Source: Minisyncoccota bacterium (lineage in GTDB: Bacteria; Patescibacteriota; Minisyncoccia; Phycocordibacterales; UBA2100). From it: a stretch of 64,000 nucleotides of DNA. A model generated the notes under the pieces. That model searched no databases, was not told where the DNA came from, and was given only the letters and a program-made list of their open reading frames with translations. Below are positions 1-8,217 of this stretch, piece by piece. The translations under genes and the position numbers were made by a program. Position 1 is the first letter of the stretch. Every line of letters begins with the position of its first letter. The stretch lies in NCBI GenBank assembly GCA_035708165.1, contig DASSSZ010000001.1:89772-153771 (forward strand), given 5' to 3'.

Positions 1-289
1 GATCGGCATGCCCCTGCAGGTGGACTCCGTCTTCCTCTACTCGCTCGGCAAGAGCACCTTCGATCTCACGAAGCAGGACCTGCAGTCCGATTCGCCGTAT
101 AACACGTACGTCAATAAGGGCCTGCCTCCGACGCCCATAGACAACCCCTCGCTCTCGTCCATCAAGGCAGCGCTCGACCCTATCGACACGGGCGCCCTGT
201 TCTACCTCGCGGACAATAACGGCGTGACGCACTACAGCAAGACGTACGCGCAGCACCTCGAGTTCAAGGCTGAGTACCTCGGGCCGTAA
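1..289 (+). CDS. mltG: Endolytic transglycosylase MltG/YceG, C-terminal part (5' end outside window)
   Basis: MPLQVD, SPYNTY..GLPPTPI.NP and LFYL...G..HYS.TY..H are typical of the YceG C-terminus. Confidence 0.9.
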   Translation, partial: IGMPLQVDSVFLYSLGKSTFDLTKQDLQSDSPYNTYVNKGLPPTPIDNPSLSSIKAALDPIDTGALFYLADNNGVTHYSKTYAQHLEFKAEYLGP

Positions 290-306
290 TGTGGTACTGT
301 ACGTAT

Positions 307-406
307 GGGTAGCACGGTCCGTTCGTAGCTCCCTCCACGTCACAACTTGGGTACGGCCGTGCTACCCACTATCCGCGCGCTGCTTCGGGCAGCGCGCTTT
401 CATTTT
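307..406 (+). ncRNA. Candidate small hairpin RNA
   Basis: Extended -10 TG-G-TACTGT (292-300); 12-bp perfect stem 306-317/357-368 plus 4 more bp; terminator hairpin 375-397 followed by TTTCATTTT. Confidence 0.45.
375..406 (+). terminator. Intrinsic terminator
   Basis: GCGCGCTGC-TTCGG-GCAGCGCGC followed by TTTCATTTT. Confidence 0.75.
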
Positions 407-431
407 GCCGCGGGTCGCGTAGAGTATGCGC

Positions 432-1472
432 ATGGCGAAGGGGGAGAAGGTATTCGTCGGGCTCTCCGGCGGCGTGGATTCGGCGCTTTCGGCCGCGCTT
501 CTCATCGAGCAGGGCTACGACGTCACGGGCGTGTTCATCAAGATCTGGCAGCCCGCGTTCACGCGCTGCACCTGGAAGGAAGACCGGCTTGCCGCCATGC
601 GCGTCGCGGTCGCGCTCGGGATCCCATTCGCGACGCTCGATCTCTCCGACGAGTACGAACGCGAAGTGATCGGCCGCATGCAGGCGGATTACCGGGCTGG
701 TCGCACGCCGAATCCCGACGCGCTGTGCAACCGCTTCATCAAGTTCGGCGCATTCCGGCGCTTCGCCGCGCTCCATGGCGCGGACCTCGTCGCGACCGGG
801 CACCATGCGCAGATCGAGAAGGGGAGCGGACGCCTCCTGCGCGGCGCCGACCCCGGGAAGGACCAGGCGTACTTCCTCTGGCAGCTCACGCGCGACGACC
901 TCCTGCACGCCCTGATGCCGATCGGCGGGATGACGAAGCAGGCAGTGAGGGAAGCGGCGCGCACGCGCGGCATCCCTGTCGCCGAGAGGCCGGACAGCCA
1001 GGGATTGTGCTTCGTCGGCGATATCGATATGCATGGGTTCCTCTCGGAGCTCCTCGCCCCTGCCCCCGGCATGGTGCTCGATGCCGCTGGCGCAATGATC
1101 GGCACGCATGACGGGGCAGCGCTCTACACGCTCGGAGCGCGGCATAAGTTCCGGATCACGGACCCGGACGCCGCGCCCGCGCCGCTCTATGTCATCGCGA
1201 CGGATGTTTCCGCCAATACGATCACTGTCGCGCCGAGCGCAACAGGAGCGATGCGCCGCGATGTCGCGCTGCTCGAGACGAACTGGTGCTCCGGGACAGC
1301 GCCGCAAGGCGGGCGCTATCTGGCGGAGGTGCGCTACCACCAAGAGCCGCAGGGCTGCACCCTCGAAGGCTCGCGCGTCATCTTCGATCTGCCGCAGCTC
1401 GCAGTGCCTGGGCAGTCGCTCGTGCTCTACGACGGCGCTGCATGCCTCGGCGGCGGCATCATCAGTGCATAG
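432..1472 (+). CDS. mnmA: tRNA 2-thiouridylase MnmA
   Basis: SGGVDS, TPNPD.LCN..IKF, ATGH, KDQ.YFL, DSQGLCFVG, PGQS motifs; start placed 6 nt after TAGAGT -10 box (426 is the alternative). Confidence 0.97.
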   Translation: MAKGEKVFVGLSGGVDSALSAALLIEQGYDVTGVFIKIWQPAFTRCTWKEDRLAAMRVAVALGIPFATLDLSDEYEREVIGRMQADYRAGRTPNPDALCNRFIKFGAFRRFAALHGADLVATGHHAQIEKGSGRLLRGADPGKDQAYFLWQLTRDDLLHALMPIGGMTKQAVREAARTRGIPVAERPDSQGLCFVGDIDMHGFLSELLAPAPGMVLDAAGAMIGTHDGAALYTLGARHKFRITDPDAAPAPLYVIATDVSANTITVAPSATGAMRRDVALLETNWCSGTAPQGGRYLAEVRYHQEPQGCTLEGSRVIFDLPQLAVPGQSLVLYDGAACLGGGIISA

Positions 1473-1500
1473 CCGCATCGATGCGGTATCATACTCGCAT

Positions 1501-1872
1501 ATGCGCATGCGGATCCTGCAGGCCGTGCTCATCGTGATCGCGCTCGCGATCGTCGGCGGTGCGTCATTCGCGCTGAAAGGGAGCGGCGGCGCCGCGGTCA
1601 CGGTGAACGACTCGTACGAAGGCGGCATCCATCACGTACGCGGCACGGTACCCGTCCCTCCCTCATGCGCAGGAGTCGCCGTCTCGGCCACGGTCGTCGA
1701 CGGCACCGCGCATCTCGCATTCACGCCGGATTATGCTCCGGGCGCGAACGGCGCCTGCACGACCGTGACCGCGCCGCGCCCATACGAGACAAGCTTCAGC
1801 GGAGCACCCGCGCGCGCGTACGAGGCGACCGTCGAGGGACAGCCGGTCCCGGTGCGCATCATCAGCTCATGA
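1501..1872 (+). CDS. Hypothetical membrane-anchored/secreted protein with a Cys pair
   Basis: N-terminal hydrophobic helix; -10-like box upstream; stop overlaps next start (ATGA). Confidence 0.7.
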   Translation: MRMRILQAVLIVIALAIVGGASFALKGSGGAAVTVNDSYEGGIHHVRGTVPVPPSCAGVAVSATVVDGTAHLAFTPDYAPGANGACTTVTAPRPYETSFSGAPARAYEATVEGQPVPVRIISS

Positions 1873-2702
1873 GCAGGGAATTGCGGGTCATCAAGGCGGA
1901 CGGTGAGGAAGAGACCTTCGATCCGAGCAAGCTCGAAGCATCGCTCGCGCGGGCAGGCGCCTCGAGCGCAGCGCGCGCGCATATCATCGCGCACATGATG
2001 AAGGCGCTTGAACCTGCGCCGCTCACCACCTCTGAGATCTACCGGCGCGCGTTCGAGCTCCTGAAGAAACGCGAGGGCGCGCCGGTGGCCGCACGGTACT
2101 CCATCAAGCGCGCCATCTTCGATCTCGGGCCATCCGGCTACCCGTTCGAGCAGTTCTTCGCGGAAGTCATGCGCAGCCACGGCTGGCAGGCGCGCCATAG
2201 CGTGATCCTCACGGGCAGGTGCGTCACGCACGAGGTGGACGTTCTCGCGAAGAAGGGCGGCAAGCGCATCGGCATCGAAGCGAAGTTCCACAATACGCCC
2301 GGCATCAAGACCGATGTGAAGGATGCGCTCTATGTCCGCGCGCGGTACCAGGACCTCGCGGAAGCGACCGATCCCGACGATCACGTGGACCAAGGATGGC
2401 TCGTGACGAACACCCGCTTCACCGAAGATGCGATCCGCTACGGCGAGTGCGCCGGCCTCCCCATGATCTCGTGGGACTACCCGCGCCGCGGCAACCTCCT
2501 CGAGCTCATCGAGGAAGGGCAGGTGCACCCGCTGACGGCGCTCACCACGCTTTCGCCCTCGGAGAAGCAGCGGCTGCTCGACAGCCGCATCGTGCTGTGC
2601 CGCGCCGTGGGCGGCAGCAGCCAGCTGCTCCGCGAGCACGGCGTGAAGCCGCAGCGCATACCGGAAATCCAGGATGAAGCCCGCAAGCTCTGCGGGGCAT
2701 AA
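1869..2702 (+). CDS. ATP-cone domain + Mrr-like PD-(D/E)xK restriction endonuclease fusion
   Basis: N-terminal VIKADGEEETFDPSKL (ATP cone); G..FE.F, EVDV...IEAK, LVTN..FT.DA..Y (Mrr_cat-like). Confidence 0.8.
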   Translation: MSRELRVIKADGEEETFDPSKLEASLARAGASSAARAHIIAHMMKALEPAPLTTSEIYRRAFELLKKREGAPVAARYSIKRAIFDLGPSGYPFEQFFAEVMRSHGWQARHSVILTGRCVTHEVDVLAKKGGKRIGIEAKFHNTPGIKTDVKDALYVRARYQDLAEATDPDDHVDQGWLVTNTRFTEDAIRYGECAGLPMISWDYPRRGNLLELIEEGQVHPLTALTTLSPSEKQRLLDSRIVLCRAVGGSSQLLREHGVKPQRIPEIQDEARKLCGA

Positions 2703-2757
2703 GGGCGGCTGGCGAGGCGTTTGACACCCCTCGCTCGGTGCGTCATCATACCTGCAT

Positions 2758-3357
2758 ATGAACGCACCATTCTGGAAGTCACCTATCCTGTGGGGAATTA
2801 TCGGTTTCATTATCGGGATCCTGATCGGCATGGCTATCGGATGGCGCTGGGCGGATAGCGTCATGAGCGCTGCCGGCACGACCGGCAGCAATACGCAGGC
2901 GACGAGCACGTCCGGGAGCAGCACCGGCACCTCCGGCATGACCGAGGGCACGGGCACGCAATCCACGAGTACGCCCGGCACGCAGGCGTCAAGCAGCACC
3001 GCGGAGGGCGGCGCAGCGCATATCTCAGTGAATGATCAGCCGGCCGGCATGGCCGCCACCGTCTCGTCCGTCACGCTCCCGGCCGCCGGCTGGGTCGCCG
3101 TGCATGAGCTCGGCGAGGACGGCGTGCTTGGCAACGTGCTCGGCGCCGCATGGCTGCCGGCTGGCACCCACGCGGACGCGATCGTTACCCTGCTGCGCGC
3201 GACCAAGCCTGATCAGCAGTACGCGATCGTCCTCTACACCGATAACGGCAACAAGCAGTTCGATCTTCACGCTGACACGCCGATCGCCGGCTCGAACGGC
3301 CAGCCGGTCACGGCGACCTTCACCGCGACCACGCCGGTCGCCCCTGCGGGCCAGTAG
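2758..3357 (+). CDS. Hypothetical surface protein: TM helix, Ser/Thr linker, beta-rich C-terminal domain
   Basis: ORF composition; TTGACA-N17-CATCAT promoter at 2721-2749. Confidence 0.75.
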   Translation: MNAPFWKSPILWGIIGFIIGILIGMAIGWRWADSVMSAAGTTGSNTQATSTSGSSTGTSGMTEGTGTQSTSTPGTQASSSTAEGGAAHISVNDQPAGMAATVSSVTLPAAGWVAVHELGEDGVLGNVLGAAWLPAGTHADAIVTLLRATKPDQQYAIVLYTDNGNKQFDLHADTPIAGSNGQPVTATFTATTPVAPAGQ

Positions 3358-3365
3358 CCCTCGCT

Positions 3366-3872
3366 ATGGATGCGCTCAGCCATCTCGCTGATCCGAACCT
3401 GATCATCTTCGGGAAGCTCGCTCTTGCGGCGCTCCTCGGCATGATCATCGGCACTGAGCGCACCACGGCAGGCAAGGGGGCAGGGACGCGCACGTTCTCC
3501 CTGGTGAGCCTCGGCTCCTGCCTCTTCATGACGATCAGCTACACGATCGACAACCAGTTTCTCGGCTACGTGAACTTCGATCCGATGCGGGTCGCTGCAG
3601 GCATCATTACCGGCATCGGCTTCCTCGGCGCAGGCCTTATCGTCTTCCAGGAGCACCGTCTCCAGGGGCTCACGACGGCAGCCGGCCTCTGGGTCGTCGC
3701 CGGCCTCGGCATGGCCGTCGGAAGCGGGATGTACCTCGTCGCGATCTTCGCGACCGCGCTCATCGTGATCGTCTTCACGGCGGTCTGGTTCCTCGAGAAC
3801 CGCATCAAGCAGTGGCTGAATTACCACGAACAGCCCTCGCTCGACCCGCGAATCCCGGGCGAGGAGATCTAG
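3366..3872 (+). CDS. MgtC/SapB family membrane protein
   Basis: IIG.ER...K.AG.RT..LV, DP.R.AA.I.TGIGFLGAG, GLTTAA.LW. Confidence 0.92.
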   Translation: MDALSHLADPNLIIFGKLALAALLGMIIGTERTTAGKGAGTRTFSLVSLGSCLFMTISYTIDNQFLGYVNFDPMRVAAGIITGIGFLGAGLIVFQEHRLQGLTTAAGLWVVAGLGMAVGSGMYLVAIFATALIVIVFTAVWFLENRIKQWLNYHEQPSLDPRIPGEEI

Positions 3873-3899
3873 CAGACGGCCCCTCGCGGGGCCGTCTGC
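3872..3899. terminator. GC-rich hairpin, likely terminator (no U tract)
   Basis: GCAGACGGCCCC-TCGC-GGGGCCGTCTGC directly after the stop codon. Confidence 0.55.
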
Positions 3900-3918
3900 A
3901 TCTCTGTATACTGAAGCC

Positions 3919-4695
3919 ATGTCCTCGTTCTATACGCCGGACCGCGATCCCCGATGGAACTATGGCGGAGCAAAATGGAGGCTCTCCCGCTCGAAGATCG
4001 AGCTTTTCCTCGAATGCCCGCGCTGCTTCTGGCTTGATAACAAGCTCGGCACGGCACGCCCGAGGGGCCCGGGATTCACGCTCAACATCGCGGTCGACGC
4101 GCTTCTCAAGAAGGAGTTCGATGCGTACCGCGCGAAGGGGACCGCACATCCCCTGATGGCGCGCTACGGCATCGCTGCCGTGCCCTTCCGGCATGCGGAC
4201 CTGGATCGCTGGCGCGAAAATTTCGAAGGGATCGAGTACCGGCATCCGGCGAGCGGCCTCCTGGCCTGCGGCGCTGTCGATGATGTATGGATCGATCCGG
4301 CAGGCGAACTCATCGTGGTCGATTACAAGGCGACATCAAAGGACGGTGACATCAAGGCCCTGGAGGACTCGCCCTGGGCAGCCCAGTATCGCCGGCAGCT
4401 CGGCGTCTACCAATGGCTCTTGCAGCAGAACGGATTCACCGTCTCGAAGCGAGGGTACTTCGTGTACGCGAACGCACGCTCGGACAAGGAGGCGTTCGAC
4501 AGCAGGCTCGAATTCGATGTGACGATCGTGCCGTGCGACGGCGACACGACATGGATGGAAGCCACGCTCGTCGCCATCAGGCAGACGCTCGATTCCGATA
4601 TCATTCCGGCTGCCGGGACGAGCTGCGATTTCTGCCAATACCGGGACGCCGCTGGCAGGAAGCTCCGCTCATACGCCATGAAGGCACATGCATGA
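3919..4695 (+). CDS. PD-(D/E)XK nuclease, Cas4/AddB-like
   Basis: LSRSKI..F.ECPRCF, G.VDD...IVVDYK, Y..QL..Y, C-terminal CDFC. Confidence 0.85.
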   Translation: MSSFYTPDRDPRWNYGGAKWRLSRSKIELFLECPRCFWLDNKLGTARPRGPGFTLNIAVDALLKKEFDAYRAKGTAHPLMARYGIAAVPFRHADLDRWRENFEGIEYRHPASGLLACGAVDDVWIDPAGELIVVDYKATSKDGDIKALEDSPWAAQYRRQLGVYQWLLQQNGFTVSKRGYFVYANARSDKEAFDSRLEFDVTIVPCDGDTTWMEATLVAIRQTLDSDIIPAAGTSCDFCQYRDAAGRKLRSYAMKAHA

Positions 4696-4696
4696 T

Positions 4697-4975
4697 ATGA
4701 AAAGCGACTTCGCAGAACGCGTGCGCGCCGTAGTGCGGGCGATCCCGCAGGGCGAGACCATGACATACGGGCAGGTAGCGGCAGCGGCCGGGCATCCGGG
4801 CGCTGCGCGCGCCGTAGGCTCGATCATGAGACGCAATTACGATCCGAGCGTCCCGTGCCATCGCGTCATCCGCGCCAACGGGACGCTCGGCGAGTATAAC
4901 CGCGGCGGCCCGGAGGAGAAGCGCCGGAAGCTCATAGCGGAAGGCGTGCCCTTCGAGAGTGGGGATAACTCGTGA
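4697..4975 (+). CDS. MGMT-family alkylated-DNA repair protein (stand-alone domain)
   Basis: IP.G...TYG.VA...G.P.AARAVG and the active-site PCHRV; alternative start 4688. Confidence 0.9.
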   Translation: MKSDFAERVRAVVRAIPQGETMTYGQVAAAAGHPGAARAVGSIMRRNYDPSVPCHRVIRANGTLGEYNRGGPEEKRRKLIAEGVPFESGDNS

Positions 4976-5028
4976 CAAACACCCGTTCCCGTGGTATAGT
5001 CTTTGCAGGAGGATCCAGGAGGACGGCT

Positions 5029-5337
5029 ATGACCTGCAGTGGCTCGTTCAGGGGGGACGTGATCCCGCTCAACCGCCATCCCTACATGTTGAGCCGTGCA
5101 GCGCACGGCTTCCCGATGCGAGATATCGCGCGCAAGAGCTCGTTGGGCTTCTTCGAGAGCCTGATCGACGCCTCGTCCGGCGATGATCTCTTGATGCTGC
5201 TCCTGCTCATGCAGGATCGCGCCCGCTCGCTGCGGCATCCGACCTTCGGGAGCGACGCGTCGCTTCTCGAGCAGGATGACCGCGACATGCTCGCGCTTCG
5301 CATCGCCGATCGGCAGCAGAGGCTGCACGAGGAGTAA
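5029..5337 (+). CDS. Hypothetical protein
   Basis: AGGAGG Shine-Dalgarno before ATG 5029; TGGTATAGT -10 near 4992-5000; fills the gap between genes. Confidence 0.5.
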   Translation: MTCSGSFRGDVIPLNRHPYMLSRAAHGFPMRDIARKSSLGFFESLIDASSGDDLLMLLLLMQDRARSLRHPTFGSDASLLEQDDRDMLALRIADRQQRLHEE

Positions 5338-5374
5338 TCCTCGTGCAGCCTCCCTTTTTGCTATACTGGAGGCA

Positions 5375-6052
5375 ATGGCAGGCGCGGCGGTGCGGATCGA
5401 GCCCTCATGGAAGGAAGCGCTCGCGGGAGAATTCGACCAGGGCTACTTCCGCGCACTCACCCAATTCGTACGGGAGGAGTACCAGCATGCGATCATCTAT
5501 CCTCCGCCTCGCGACATCTTCCGTGCCTTCGAGCTCGCGCCATTCGATGCGGTCAAGGTCGTGATCCTCGGGCAGGATCCGTATCACGGGCCCGGGCAGG
5601 CGAACGGGCTATGCTTCGCCGTAGGCGCGGACGCGGCGCTGCCGCCATCGCTCCAGAACATCTTCAAGGAGATCGAGTCCGATCTCGGGAAGCCGCTGCT
5701 CCATCGGACGGGCGATCTTGCGCGCTGGGCCGCGCAGGGCGTGCTCCTGCTCAACGCGACGCTGACCGTCCGCGCAAGGAGCGCCGGTTCGCACCAGGGG
5801 AAAGGCTGGGAGGAATTCACCGATGCTGCCATCAAGGCGCTCTCCGAGCGGCGCGCGCACCTGGTCTTCATCCTCTGGGGGAACTACGCGAAGAAGAAAG
5901 GCGCGCACATCGACCGCAACAAGCATCTCGTCATCGAGTCGGCGCACCCGTCGCCCTTCGCCGCACGCTACGGCTTCTTCGGCAGCAAGCCGTTCAGCAG
6001 GGCAAACGCATACCTCGAAGCCCACGGGGAGCAGGCGATCGATTGGCTCTAG
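5375..6052 (+). CDS. ung: Uracil-DNA glycosylase, family 1
   Basis: GQDPYH, PPSL.NI, GVLLLN..LTV, HPSP. Confidence 0.97.
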   Translation: MAGAAVRIEPSWKEALAGEFDQGYFRALTQFVREEYQHAIIYPPPRDIFRAFELAPFDAVKVVILGQDPYHGPGQANGLCFAVGADAALPPSLQNIFKEIESDLGKPLLHRTGDLARWAAQGVLLLNATLTVRARSAGSHQGKGWEEFTDAAIKALSERRAHLVFILWGNYAKKKGAHIDRNKHLVIESAHPSPFAARYGFFGSKPFSRANAYLEAHGEQAIDWL

Positions 6053-6086
6053 GCGCGCATCACCTCAGACGTGCTACAGTACGCGG

Positions 6087-7895
6087 ATGAAGAAGACGGA
6101 CAGCAAGGCCAGGAAGGGGAGTGCGCACGGTTTCAGGACCGCATGGGACTTATCGCTTTTCTACGCGCATCCGAGCGATCCCATGATCGAGAAGGACGCG
6201 AAGCGCATCGAGCGCGCGTACGAGGCGTTCGAGAAGAAGTACCGCGGCACGAAGGAGTACCTCAAGGGCGGCGCGGCGCTGCGTGCGGCGCTCAAGGATT
6301 ACGAGAAGCTCTACGTGACGCTGGACGGCGGCAAGCCCGCGCTCTACTTCGCGTACCGCAAGGAGCTCGATGGCGCCGATAGCGCATCCGAGGCGCGCAT
6401 GCGCCAGCTCGACGACCGCTTCACCAAGGCCGGCAACCGCGTGCAGTTCTTCGAGCTCTCGCTCGGGAAGATCCCCGTAGCCCGCAAAAAAGCGATCCTC
6501 GCCGATCCCGCGCTCGCGCGCTACCGGCGCGAGCTCGCGCACATCTTCGAGACAGCCGCGCATGATCTCAGCGAGCCCGAGGAGAAGATCATGTCGCTCA
6601 AGGCTGCCACGGCGCGCGGCATGTGGGTCTCCGGCGTGGATACGGCCGTCAACAAGCAGATGGTGAAGCGCGGCAAGAAAGAGATCCCTGTCAACGAAGC
6701 CATCAATCTCATCCCGTCCATCCCGAACCAGAAGGAGCGCCATGCGCTCTGGGACAGCACCATGGACGCGCTCGATCGCGTGAGCGACTTCGCGGAAAGC
6801 GAGCTCAATGCGGTCCTGACCGATAAGAAGATCAATGACGAGCTGCGCGGCTACAAGGAGCCGTACGAGGCGACCGTGCTCGCATACGAGAACGATCCGG
6901 CCGTCGTGCGATCGCTCATCGAGACAGTGACTGGCGCATTCCCGATCAGTCAGCGGTTCTACGCGCTGAAGAAGAAGCTCGCGAAGCTTCCGGAGATGCG
7001 TTACGCCGATCGCGGCATCTCGATCGGCAAGGTCGCGAAGAAATTCTCGTTCGAGGACTCGGTCGCGATCGTGCGCGATGCGTATGCCTCGATGAACCCG
7101 GAGTATGCCGCGATCCTCGATTCCTACCTCGCGCGCGGTCAGATCGACGTCTACCCCAGGCAGGGAAAGAGCGGCGGTGCCTACTGCTCGAGCGCATTCG
7201 GCAATCCCACGCTCGTCCTGCTCAACCACGTGGACGAGCCGCGCTCGCTCATGACGATCGCGCACGAGATGGGGCATGCGATCCACGCCGAGCGCGCCAA
7301 GAGCCAGCCGCCGCTCTACCAGGGACACTCGATCTCCGTCGCCGAGACGGCGAGCACGTTCTTCGAAGGCGTCGTCTTCGAGCGGCTGCTCGAGGGCCTT
7401 TCGCCGAAGGAGCGCATGATCATGCTCCACGACCGGCTGCAGGACGAGATCGCGACGATCCAGCGGCAGATCGCGTTCTTCAATTTCGAGCTCGCGCTGC
7501 ATACGCGCGTTCGCACGGAAGGCTGGGTCCCGAAGGCGGAGATCATGCGCATGCTGAACGAGGAGTGCGCGCGCTATCTCGGGAAGGCAGTCAAGATGCA
7601 GGAGCGCGACGGGCTCTTCTTCGTCGCCGTCAGCCACTTCCGCAACCCGTTCTACGTCTACTCGTACGCGTACGGCCAGCTCATCAGCAAGGCCCTCCTC
7701 GCGCGCGTGAAGGAAGACCCTGCGTATATCATGAAGGTGGACGAATTCCTCCGCGCGGGCGACTCGAAGAAGCCTGAGCAGATCTTCAAGGACATCGGCA
7801 TCGAGGTCGGGCCTGCGCTCTTCGCCGATGGGCTCGCGGCGATGGAGCGCGATATCGCTGAGCTCGAGCGACTTGCGAAGGCCGTGAATCGATAG
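6087..7895 (+). CDS. pepF: Oligoendopeptidase F (M3B)
   Basis: WDLS..Y, GK.GGAYC, HEMGH zinc motif, AETASTF.E, FYVYSYAYG. Confidence 0.9.
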   Translation: MKKTDSKARKGSAHGFRTAWDLSLFYAHPSDPMIEKDAKRIERAYEAFEKKYRGTKEYLKGGAALRAALKDYEKLYVTLDGGKPALYFAYRKELDGADSASEARMRQLDDRFTKAGNRVQFFELSLGKIPVARKKAILADPALARYRRELAHIFETAAHDLSEPEEKIMSLKAATARGMWVSGVDTAVNKQMVKRGKKEIPVNEAINLIPSIPNQKERHALWDSTMDALDRVSDFAESELNAVLTDKKINDELRGYKEPYEATVLAYENDPAVVRSLIETVTGAFPISQRFYALKKKLAKLPEMRYADRGISIGKVAKKFSFEDSVAIVRDAYASMNPEYAAILDSYLARGQIDVYPRQGKSGGAYCSSAFGNPTLVLLNHVDEPRSLMTIAHEMGHAIHAERAKSQPPLYQGHSISVAETASTFFEGVVFERLLEGLSPKERMIMLHDRLQDEIATIQRQIAFFNFELALHTRVRTEGWVPKAEIMRMLNEECARYLGKAVKMQERDGLFFVAVSHFRNPFYVYSYAYGQLISKALLARVKEDPAYIMKVDEFLRAGDSKKPEQIFKDIGIEVGPALFADGLAAMERDIAELERLAKAVNR

Positions 7896-7932
7896 CATAG
7901 TGGAGCGAGCGGCAGGGGGAAAGGACAGGCAG

Positions 7933-8139
7933 ATGCATCGTGCATACAGGGCTATCAGCAACCATGCCGTATCGCTCATCGCGGGCGTGCTCTACGGGAT
8001 CGTCGGGTACGCCGCGACAGCGCTGCTGCTCCCGCACGCCACGCTTCTCGGAGCGATGGCCGGCATCATCATCGGCATCCTCCTGGGAGCGCCATTCGAC
8101 CTCTCCGGGAGGATCAGCCGGTCAGAGCGGGACCGCTAG
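7933..8139 (+). CDS. Small hypothetical membrane protein (2 TM)
   Basis: Two hydrophobic segments; fills the pepF-alaS gap. Confidence 0.5.
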   Translation: MHRAYRAISNHAVSLIAGVLYGIVGYAATALLLPHATLLGAMAGIIIGILLGAPFDLSGRISRSERDR

Positions 8140-8217
8140 CCACGCACCACGAAGGCCGGAGCGAGCACTCGCCCCGGCCCTCTTTTTATGAGAGCGGGCC
8201 ATGCTATACTCGCCACC

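Noticed and set aside
305-328. Micro-ORF MGSTVRS*
   Set aside because: The ATG is only 4 nt from the -10 box (6-7 nt elsewhere) and is buried in a strong stem.
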